Source: Candidatus Zixiibacteriota bacterium
GTDB taxonomy: Bacteria; RBG-13-66-14; B26-G2; WVWN01
Length of the DNA stretch: 11,009 nucleotides
Reading direction: 5' to 3'
Assembly (NCBI GenBank): GCA_050117845.1
Contig: JASFLY010000047.1
Coordinates: 1-11,009 of the forward strand
In this document: in pieces, positions 1-6,678 of the stretch
How the letters are laid out: every line of letters starts with the position of its first letter
Numbering within the stretch: position 1 is the first letter of the stretch
Made by a program: the position numbers and the translations under genes
Notes under the pieces: generated by a model
The model's database searches: none
What the model saw: the letters and a program-made list of their open reading frames with translations, nothing else
What the model was told of the DNA's origin: nothing

Positions 1-39
1 TCAGCAGCGGCAACGGCTACGAGTAGCGACGGAGAGTAA
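1..39 (+). CDS. Probable 3' end of an upstream gene (partial; frame uncertain, stop either TAG at 24-26 or TAA at 37-39)
   Basis: GC-rich open frames run into stops directly before a strong intrinsic terminator at 45-69. The fragment is too short to identify. Confidence 0.35.
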   Translation, partial: SAAATATSSDGE

Positions 40-44
40 TGACG

Positions 45-69
45 AACCGCCGGGCGACCGGCGGTTTTT
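45..69 (+). terminator. Rho-independent terminator
   Basis: AACCGCCGG-GCGA-CCGGCGGTT: perfect 9-bp stem with a GNRA loop, running into a T tract. Confidence 0.8.
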
Positions 70-107
70 CTATTATATACCCCGAAGCGGCGGCGGTAAC
101 GACACCA

Positions 108-406
108 TGATTTAGGAAAATAACGCCGGGGGGCCCCGGGGTTTTCGTAGGGCCGTACCTTCAGGTGCGGCCACGTTAGTTATTTATCAATGAGGGAAGT
201 AATCCGCCGACAGGAATGTCGGCGCTACGTCAAGTTTTAATGATTTCGGGAAATAATGCCGACCGGGGGACTGCGCCCTATTGATTTCGGAAAATAATGC
301 CCGGGCGGCGCGGGGTAAAAAGGCCGAAATTGTATGCCGGATAAGGGTTTTCCGCGTTTGGGGGCCGCCGGCCGGGGGAATTCGCCCACATGATTTAGGA
401 AAATAA
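108..406. repeat. Four dispersed copies of the 16-bp imperfect palindrome TGATTT(A/C)GG(A/G)AAATAA
   Basis: Copies at 108-123, 241-256, 282-297 and 391-406, each followed within 1-3 nt by GCC and a G-rich stretch. Confidence 0.8.
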
Positions 407-556
407 TATGCCGGGGGCCTTTATGGCCGCCGACGTCAATATCATCTTTCTCCGTAGCGGCGGCTTTTATAGCCGCCGGCAAGTTCGCGTATTACGGCCG
501 GCATAAAGCCGGCCGCTCCCCCCCATGAAAAGAAACGGCGGCCTTTACGGCCGCCG
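147..556. repeat. REP/BIME-like palindrome cluster 1 (order A, B, degenerate D, D, C, D)
   Basis: A = GTAG-GGCCGTACC-TTCA-GGTGCGGCC at 147-172 (+). B = GTAG-CGCCGACA-TTCC-TGTCGGCG at 205-228 (-). D at 454-478 and 532-556 (+), degenerate D at about 411-432. C at 495-519 (-). All four types recur elsewhere in the window. Confidence 0.8.
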
Positions 557-559
557 AGG

Positions 560-588
560 AAAAAAACCGCCGGCGGACCGGCGGTTTT
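560..588 (-). terminator. Rho-independent terminator of the zinc-ribbon gene (potentially bidirectional)
   Basis: A7-CCGCCGG-CGGA-CCGGCGG-T4, giving T7 on the minus strand; lies about 26 nt after the stop codon at 615. Confidence 0.8.
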
Positions 589-614
589 GGCTTGGTGATA
601 TATGTAAACGGGGA

Positions 615-1715
615 CTAAACGAGGGCTGTGGCGCCCTCTAAGATATTATTAATAAGCGAGGACGTCGTCGCGAAGTAGCCGCCGCCCACGACGCAGATGA
701 GAATGAGGATTATGATGATGACGACGACGGCGAGGACGATGGCGATCACGACCTTCGTCTTGCTGATGGGCTTCTTGCCGGTCACGGCGCCCGTCGAGCC
801 GTCCATGACGCAGTTGTAGGGCTTGGCCTTGTAGTTGTACGTCACCCACCAGATGGGGTGGTAGGACAGCCGGGCCGTGAGGCCCGAGAGCGACGTACTG
901 CACGAGTCGAGCCGCTCGACCTGGCCCTCGCACGCCGAGCGCTCCAGCACCTCTATCTTCATCTTGGCCCGGCGCTTCGCCTCCTCGGAGTCGAAGGTCG
1001 CCTTCTCCACGGGGAAGTTATCCTCCCGGGCCGACTGGCCGAAGGGCAGCGCTCCCTCGTCGCTCGTGAAGTTGCCGACCTCGCCGATCAGGCTGTCGAC
1101 GTCCTCCTGACTCAAAGCGGGGGAGGCGACGACGGCGACGCGGTAGTGGCCGACGTGGGACCCCGAGGCGTGGTGCCATTCCTTGTAGGGCTCCTGGGCC
1201 TGATAAGTCTGGCGGCGGCCCTGGGAGTCGGTCCGGGTCCTGGTCACGGTCCGGTGATGCGTGGTGCTGTTCTGGCCCGACCACGAGGAGTTCGCCTCGC
1301 AGTTGCAGACGTAGTAGGGCACGTACTTAGCGGTTACCTTCACGACGGTCGCAGCCTTATCGGCGTCGCCCGCGGTGAAGACCCCCGAGTCGAGCCACTT
1401 GTTGAGGTGCTCGAGCATGTTGCTTTGGAATATCTTGAAGGGGACCAGGTATTCCGGGACGTCGGCCTTGGAGGCCGGCGCGACCGAGGGGGGCAGGAGG
1501 TACGAGGCGCCACAATACTGGCACACCGCCTCGGTCATCCCCGGCCGGAGGTCGATAGCGCCGCCGCAGGCCGCGCATTTCAAGCTGATGAGTTTCTCCG
1601 CGGCGTCGATGGCCAATACGTCGGCGCCGCAGTTGGTACACTTTATAGCCTTGCCGGCGTCGGCCTCGTCGTACGTTATCGGCGCGTCGCACTTGGGGCA
1701 ATTCAACTCGGGCAT
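615..1715 (-). CDS. Double zinc-ribbon protein with C-terminal transmembrane helix (366 aa), function unknown
   Basis: CPKC..CTNC and CAAC..CQYC pairs, then a PEYLVPF..YVPYY..HPIWW..Y..MDGSTG.V.GKKP domain and a hydrophobic VVIAIVLAVVVIIIILILICVV segment. ATG at 1715 has an AAAGGAGGT RBS (1722-1730) upstream, so it is preferred over the ORF-track start at 1754. Confidence 0.85.
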   Translation of the reverse strand: MPELNCPKCDAPITYDEADAGKAIKCTNCGADVLAIDAAEKLISLKCAACGGAIDLRPGMTEAVCQYCGASYLLPPSVAPASKADVPEYLVPFKIFQSNMLEHLNKWLDSGVFTAGDADKAATVVKVTAKYVPYYVCNCEANSSWSGQNSTTHHRTVTRTRTDSQGRRQTYQAQEPYKEWHHASGSHVGHYRVAVVASPALSQEDVDSLIGEVGNFTSDEGALPFGQSAREDNFPVEKATFDSEEAKRRAKMKIEVLERSACEGQVERLDSCSTSLSGLTARLSYHPIWWVTYNYKAKPYNCVMDGSTGAVTGKKPISKTKVVIAIVLAVVVIIIILILICVVGGGYFATTSSLINNILEGATALV

Positions 1716-1744
1716 CGCGTAACCTCCTTTTAAGGGACGCCGCG

Positions 1745-1773
1745 AAATTAGCATATCGCCGGGGCCGTGTCAA
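1745..1773 (-). promoter_or_regulatory. Sigma70-type promoter for the zinc-ribbon gene
   Basis: Minus strand reads TTGACA (1773-1768), 17 nt, TAATTT (1750-1745), with TGC immediately before the -10 (extended -10 TGn). It lies just upstream of the RBS. Confidence 0.6.
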
Positions 1774-1812
1774 AGCGAAAAGCGTAGTCGTATTCTTATA
1801 ATTATCCCTCCC

Positions 1813-2317
1813 GAAGCGGCGGCCTTTAAAATATCCCCCTAAGAAGCGGCGGCCTTTACGGCCGCCGGGGGGCTCCGGGGTGCCGTCAGGTGTTACCACC
1901 TGACGGCGGCGGTTTGTTCAATCTCAAAAGCGGCGGTTATTTTTAAGGTTTGCGTCGGTTGGTAACAACCGACGCCACATTGTTGGGGTCACGCTCGACA
2001 ATCCGCCGACAGGAATGTCGGCGCCACCTATAACGCCGCACGGCCGGCATAAAGCCGGCCGCTACCCCCCAATGAAAAGAAGCGGCGGCCTTTATGGCCG
2101 CCGGGGGTTGCGCGTATTGCGAGCAGTAATTGGGGGGGGCGTAGGGCCGTACCTTCAGGTGTTACCACCGTGCCGCCGGTTAAAACCGGCGGTTAACGCC
2201 TTCGCAAGTGAAGTACCGGCCGCTGAAGCGGCCGGTTTCGACTCGTGAATTAATCCGCCGACAGGAATGTCGGCGCTACCTATAACGCCGCACGGCCGGC
2301 ATAAAGCCGGCCGCTTC
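1813..2317. repeat. REP/BIME-like palindrome cluster 2 (order half-D, D, E, F, B, C, D, A/E hybrid, G, H, B, C)
   Basis: D at 1843-1867 and 2079-2103. E = GCCGTCAGGTG-TTAC-CACCTGACGGC at 1882-1907. F = GCGTCGGTTG-GTAA-CAACCGACGC at 1952-1975. B at 2004-2027 and 2256-2279. C at 2041-2065 and 2293-2317. A-hybrid at 2141-2169. G = CCGCCGGTTAAAACCGGCGG at 2173-2192. H = ACCGGCCGC-TGAA-GCGGCCGGT at 2215-2236. Confidence 0.85.
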
Positions 2318-2350
2318 TAATATGAAAAATATCGGCGGGGCGAAAAAACG

Positions 2351-2378
2351 TTGACTTGCGCCGGCGGCCGATTATAAT
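2351..2378 (+). promoter_or_regulatory. Sigma70-type promoter for nrfAH
   Basis: TTGACT (2351-2356), 16 nt, TATAAT (2373-2378), with an A tract upstream and an AT-rich region downstream; 65 nt before the nrfA ATG. Confidence 0.7.
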
Positions 2379-2443
2379 ATAATAAGTAATATATATTCGG
2401 TTATTGGGATTAAACGGGTGACATAGGCCGGGGTGATGCAACG

Positions 2444-3763
2444 ATGAAGAAGCTTATCTACGCGGCGGTATTCGTGGGGGCCGTGGCCGTGACGGCCCTC
2501 GTGACCTGGCTCCTGGTTTCCATCAGCGGCAGGAAGGCGGAGGAGAAAATCTCCTATTTCCCCCTCGCCGAGGTCGCCCCGCTCGAACCCGACCCCGAGC
2601 CCTGGGGCCGGAACTTCCCCCGACAATACGACGCTTTCAAGAAGACGATGAAGACCTCCGAGATGGAGGACTACAGCGTTTACGGCCGCTACGGCGGGTC
2701 GGAATCGTTCTCCAAACTCGAGAAGACGCCCGCGCTCAAGCGCCTCTTCGCCGGCTACGGCTTCGCCGTCGCGTACGACGAGGACCGCGGCCACATGTCG
2801 GCGCTGGACGACATGCTGAAGACGGAGCGCCTGAAGGGCAAGAAGGCCGGCCCCTGCATGACCTGCAAGACCAGCCAGGTCCCCGGCCTGATGGAGACTA
2901 TCGGCCCCGAGAAGTTCTACGCTACGCCCGTCCTCGACCTCGTCAAGACCTATGACATCAAGTACACCATCGGGTGCGCCGACTGCCACGAGGCCGGGAC
3001 GATGGCGCTGACGGTTACGCGGCCGGCCTTCCGCGAGGCCATGGCGGCCCGCGGCGTGGACCTGGCCGAGGCGACGCGCCAGGAGATGCGGACCTACGTC
3101 TGCGGCCAGTGCCACACCGAATACTACTTCAAGGGCGAGGGCAACTACCTTACGTTCCCGTGGGCCGGCGGTTTCACGATAGAGGAGATAGAGCGCTACT
3201 ACGACGACGCCGAGTTCCGCGATTGGCTCCACGCCGAGACGGGAGCGCCGCTCGTCAAGATGCAGCACCCCGAGTTCGAGCTCTGGTCCACCGGCGTCCA
3301 CGCCCGGGCGGGGGTCTCCTGCGCCGACTGCCACATGCCGTACAAACGCGAGGGCGCCATGAAGATTTCGGACCACTGGGTGCGGACGCCGCTCGCCAAC
3401 GTCGGCCCCGCGTGCACGACCTGCCACCGCGAGAGCGAAAGCGAGATGCGCGAGCGGGTCCTCGAGATCCAGGACCGGACCTTCGAGCTTATGAACCGGG
3501 CCGAAGCGGCCCTCATCGCCGCCCAGGACCGCATCCTGGCGGCCAGGGATACGGGGGTGCCGGACGAGGAACTGGCCGAGGCCCTGGCCCTCCAGCGCCG
3601 GGCCTTCATCCGCTACGACTTCATCAGCGCCGAGAACAGCATGGGTTTCCACAGCCCGCAGGAATCGGCCCGCATCCTCGGCGACGCCGTGGACTACGCC
3701 CGCCAGGCGGAACTGGCGGCTTACCGCGTCATGGCGCCCGTCCCGGAAATGCTCCCGCGATGA
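2444..3763 (+). CDS. nrfA: Ammonia-forming pentaheme cytochrome c nitrite reductase, catalytic subunit c552
   Basis: CMTCK (Lys-ligated active-site heme) plus CADCH, CGQCH, CADCH and CTTCH. Also has RGH, CGQCHxEYYF, KMQHPEFE and ENSMGFH motifs and an N-terminal hydrophobic anchor/signal. Confidence 0.97.
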   Translation: MKKLIYAAVFVGAVAVTALVTWLLVSISGRKAEEKISYFPLAEVAPLEPDPEPWGRNFPRQYDAFKKTMKTSEMEDYSVYGRYGGSESFSKLEKTPALKRLFAGYGFAVAYDEDRGHMSALDDMLKTERLKGKKAGPCMTCKTSQVPGLMETIGPEKFYATPVLDLVKTYDIKYTIGCADCHEAGTMALTVTRPAFREAMAARGVDLAEATRQEMRTYVCGQCHTEYYFKGEGNYLTFPWAGGFTIEEIERYYDDAEFRDWLHAETGAPLVKMQHPEFELWSTGVHARAGVSCADCHMPYKREGAMKISDHWVRTPLANVGPACTTCHRESESEMRERVLEIQDRTFELMNRAEAALIAAQDRILAARDTGVPDEELAEALALQRRAFIRYDFISAENSMGFHSPQESARILGDAVDYARQAELAAYRVMAPVPEMLPR

Positions 3764-4212
3764 GAGGGCATATAATAAGCGCGGTACTGAAGTGGGCGGC
3801 CGTCGCGGCCATCGGCGCGGCCGTGGGCTTGGGCGCGTTCACCTTCGTCTACGCCCGCGGCTACTCCTACCTCTCGAACGACCCCGAGGTCTGCGTCAAC
3901 TGCCACGTGATGCGGGACAACTACGACTCGTGGACGGCCTCCAGCCACCGGGGCGAAACCTGCAACGAGTGCCACGTTCCCCACGGCCTGGTCGGGAAAT
4001 ACGCCGCCAAGGCCGAGAGCGGCTTCCGCCACTCCTGGGCCTTCACCTTCGAGGACGTACAGGTCCTCCGGGCCAACGAGCGCAGCCGCGAGATGTTGAA
4101 CGAGAACTGCATGCAGTGCCACGCCGGGATGACGGCCGCGATATGCGCCAACGAAACCGACCTGCCGATGGATTGCATACGCTGCCATAGCGGCGCCGGC
4201 CACGTTTTCTAA
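3760..4212 (+). CDS. nrfH: Tetraheme membrane-anchored NapC/NirT-family cytochrome c, nitrite reductase small subunit (150 aa)
   Basis: ATG overlaps the nrfA stop (ATGA). One transmembrane helix, SYLSNDPEVCVNCHVM, and four CxxCH motifs (CVNCH, CNECH, CMQCH, CIRCH). This is the C-terminal part of track ORF 2974..4212. Confidence 0.95.
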   Translation: MRGHIISAVLKWAAVAAIGAAVGLGAFTFVYARGYSYLSNDPEVCVNCHVMRDNYDSWTASSHRGETCNECHVPHGLVGKYAAKAESGFRHSWAFTFEDVQVLRANERSREMLNENCMQCHAGMTAAICANETDLPMDCIRCHSGAGHVF

Positions 4213-4366
4213 CAACCCCTTTTATGTTATCCTATGTTTGGAGTTGTTCGTCCCCGCCGGGAGGGCGAGGGGGCGGCCGTTTCGTTATTAAACTCGAATC
4301 CCGGGCCGGCCGTCGAAACCATATAAACGATTCCCTCGCGATATGTCATCCGGCCAGGAGGTCAAC

Positions 4367-5104
4367 GTGAAAATCAAGATATTATCACTTGCGCTTATAT
4401 GCGTCGCGGCCGCGGCGTCGGCGACGACGTGGTTCCCGGACGAAGTGGAATGTCCCCTCTGCGGCAAGACGAACGAGTTCCAGGTTGTGGGAAGCTACGG
4501 CACGTATATCTACAACTGGCCCTCGAAATACGAACTGATATTCTGGCCCGACACCGAGAGCCAGACGCTGTATTCGTGTGAGAAGTGCAAGTACACTTGC
4601 TTTTCGTACGACTTCCGGGACCCTCCCGAAGATAAACTGGACGCCCTGCGCGAGGCGGCGAAAGAAGTGGAATTCGCGGGTAAATATAAGGATTACGACG
4701 ATATCCCGATTATGGACCGCCTCGCCGCCGCGGAGCGAATATACCGCGTCATGTACCCGGACGACACGGACTTCTGGTGCCGCTTCTACCGCATCGTCGG
4801 ATATCACGCCGCGAACTACGGCCTGACGGACGAGGCGGCCGAAGCCCGGCGCCGGGCCCTGGACGTCGCGGAGGGGATGATGGAGGACGAGAGCCGGGCG
4901 GGCGAGCACAAGCAGTTCCTTTACATAACGGGCGCCATGCGCTACCTTCTGGACGATAAGGAAGGCGCCCGGGCCGATTTCGAGGCGGCGCAGGAACTCA
5001 CCTTCGAACACGCCGACCTCGAGGCCGAACGCAACCAGGGTTACGACGAATACCTGTCCACCTTGCTTGAGGATTATCTGGCCAAGCTGGACGGGAACGA
5101 GTAA
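4367..5104 (+). CDS. Exported hypothetical protein with CxxC..CxxC and helical/TPR-like C-terminus (DUF2225-like)
   Basis: GTG start after AGGAGG (4356-4361). Signal peptide KIKILSLALICVAAAASA, then CPLC and CEKC, and an amphipathic helical C-terminal half. The family name is a resemblance only. Confidence 0.75.
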   Translation: MKIKILSLALICVAAAASATTWFPDEVECPLCGKTNEFQVVGSYGTYIYNWPSKYELIFWPDTESQTLYSCEKCKYTCFSYDFRDPPEDKLDALREAAKEVEFAGKYKDYDDIPIMDRLAAAERIYRVMYPDDTDFWCRFYRIVGYHAANYGLTDEAAEARRRALDVAEGMMEDESRAGEHKQFLYITGAMRYLLDDKEGARADFEAAQELTFEHADLEAERNQGYDEYLSTLLEDYLAKLDGNE

Positions 5105-5118
5105 CGGAGGTGCGGATA

Positions 5119-6162
5119 ATGAGTTTAAAAGGGACCGTTGTCGGTTTTTTGGTGCTAATTACGGTCGTTTTGGTTCCGGCCGCGGCGGGGACGTTCTCCA
5201 TCGTGGCCTATGACGCCGAGGCACAGGAGTGGGGCATCGCCGTCGCCTCGCGCGTGCTGGCCGCCGGGTATATCGTGCCGTGGGCGGAGGCCGGCGCGGG
5301 GGCCATCGCAACGCAAGCGTACGCCGACCTCGGCTACGGCGTCGACGGCCTACCGCTTCTCCGGGAAGGCCTGCCGGCCGAGGAGGTCCTTAAACGCTTG
5401 CTCGAGGCGGACGAGGGGAGCGAACAGCGGCAGGTGGCCATTATAGACGCGGAAGGTAACGTGGCCGCCTTCACCGGTTCCGGCGCGCCCGATTGGGCGG
5501 GGCACAGGAGCGGCGCGGACTACTCCGTGCAGGGCAACATCCTCGTCGGCGAGGGAGTGTTGACGGAGATGGAGCGGGCCTACCTCGATGCCGAGGGGCC
5601 GCTGGCGAAACGGCTCATCGCGGCCCTCAAAGCCGGGGACGCCGCCGGCGGCGATAAACGCGGCAAGGAATCCGCGGCTATCCTCGTCGTCCGGGAGGGC
5701 GGCGGGTACCAGGGTCAGACCGACCGCCTGGTGGACATCCGGGTCGACGACCACGCCGAACCCGTGGCCGAAATCGAACGCATTTACGCGATATGGGAGG
5801 AGAAATTCCTGGTCGCCACCTACGTCGACTCCGGCCGGGAGCGCGACCTCGAGTACGCCCTGCCCATTATGGATCGCGTCACCGCCGAGAATCCGGATAA
5901 CTCGGTGTACTTCAACGCCTACGGCTGGTACCTGGCGGCGTCCGGCCGGATGCCGGAGAAGGCGCTGGAATTCGCCCTCCGGGCCCACGAGCTCGAGCCC
6001 GAGTGTTTCAACATAATGGACACCGTGGCCGAGGCGTATTACGCCGGCGGCGACTACGACGAGGCCGTCGCCTGGGAGGAGCGGGCCCTGGAGGCCGACC
6101 CCGAGAACGAGGGTTTCATAAAACAATTGGAGAAGTTCGAGGCCGCCCGGGACGGTGACTAG
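5119..6162 (+). CDS. DUF1028 (Ntn-hydrolase-like) domain protein with signal peptide and C-terminal TPR
   Basis: TFSIVAYD..WGIAVAS, GAIATQA, RQVAIID, FTG, QGNIL, AGGDKRG.ESAA and DIRVDDH.EP motifs, plus TPR-like segments NAYGWYLA and DTVAEAYYAGGDYDEAVAWEERAL. ATG at 5119 follows GGAGG (5106-5110). Confidence 0.9.
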   Translation: MSLKGTVVGFLVLITVVLVPAAAGTFSIVAYDAEAQEWGIAVASRVLAAGYIVPWAEAGAGAIATQAYADLGYGVDGLPLLREGLPAEEVLKRLLEADEGSEQRQVAIIDAEGNVAAFTGSGAPDWAGHRSGADYSVQGNILVGEGVLTEMERAYLDAEGPLAKRLIAALKAGDAAGGDKRGKESAAILVVREGGGYQGQTDRLVDIRVDDHAEPVAEIERIYAIWEEKFLVATYVDSGRERDLEYALPIMDRVTAENPDNSVYFNAYGWYLAASGRMPEKALEFALRAHELEPECFNIMDTVAEAYYAGGDYDEAVAWEERALEADPENEGFIKQLEKFEAARDGD

Positions 6163-6618
6163 ATGGATAAGATAATAACGGCGACGGTCCTTTTGAGTAC
6201 GGCGCTCGTTGGCGCGGCGCTGGGCCGGACCTTCGAGTACTCCAGCGGCGGCGCCTATCACTTCGAGGGCTACGGCGAGTGGCTGGTCATCGTGGACGAC
6301 GACGGCGACATGACGATAACGCACAACACTTACGACGACGAGATCGTCGATTACGGGCCGTACGATCTGACGGCCGCCGAGGTCGCGGGTCTCTGGGAGG
6401 CGGTGGACGCCATCGACCTGGAGGACATTTACTTCGAGCCGCGGCCCGGCGTCCCGGACGAGGTCTCCTGCCGCTTCGAGGTCAAGGGCGAGGGGGAGGA
6501 CGTCGTCCTCGCGACATGGATAAACGACATCCGCGAGCACGAAGGCCTCGCCGACATCATTAACTACTGCGGCGCGCTGATTCAGAAGTATACCGGCGTC
6601 AAGCCGGTGTTGTGGTAA
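6163..6618 (+). CDS. Secreted acidic hypothetical protein (paralog X1 of 7694-8227)
   Basis: ATG abuts the previous stop codon. Signal peptide present; colinear similarity to 7694-8227 (W.V..DD.G, GPY.LT..E...LWE.VD, RPG.P.E...RF.V). Confidence 0.85.
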   Translation: MDKIITATVLLSTALVGAALGRTFEYSSGGAYHFEGYGEWLVIVDDDGDMTITHNTYDDEIVDYGPYDLTAAEVAGLWEAVDAIDLEDIYFEPRPGVPDEVSCRFEVKGEGEDVVLATWINDIREHEGLADIINYCGALIQKYTGVKPVLW

Positions 6619-6678
6619 TCCGGGGATACGGCCGGTAACGTACGGCGCCGCGCCGGCCGGTTGGAGGAGGCGAGTCCC

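Noticed and set aside
281..297. FNR/CRP box
   Set aside because: Only the TTGAT half matches; ATCAA is not present at the N4 spacing, and the site is far from any promoter.
237..482. 81-aa minus-strand ORF (and the 77-aa ORF at 2015-2248)
   Set aside because: Both consist of repeat DNA and have no RBS or protein-like features.
108..560. CRISPR array interpretation of the recurring motifs (also considered for 1813-2317 and 10670-11009)
   Set aside because: Repeats are of several types in mixed orientation, spacing is irregular, spacers are themselves repeated, and no cas gene is present.
858..1733. Long antisense and alternate-frame ORFs (858-1733, 1357-1899, 2372-3652, 3721-4215, 4385-5011, 5350-6540, 7741-8589, 8581-9723, 9845-10660 and others)
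   Set aside because: These are shadow ORFs expected from high GC3 codon bias. They overlap genes with clear motifs and have Arg/Gly/Pro-rich or antisense-type composition.
1813..2317. tRNA, riboswitch or autonomous IS element
   Set aside because: No cloverleaf or T-loop, no recognisable aptamer, no transposase ORF, and no terminal inverted repeats with target duplication. A non-coding transcript cannot be excluded.
2974..3759. N-terminal extension of NrfH, or an nrfA-nrfH frameshift fusion
   Set aside because: The extension is Arg/Pro-rich off-frame nrfA sequence. The ATGA overlap at 3760 gives a normal-sized NrfH.
4207..4290. Integron attC site after nrfH (TTCTAAC at the stop, weak AACAAC/GTTGTT pairing)
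   Set aside because: There is no complementary GTTAGA R' box or L-box structure, the other intergenic gaps are too short or dissimilar, and no integrase is present.
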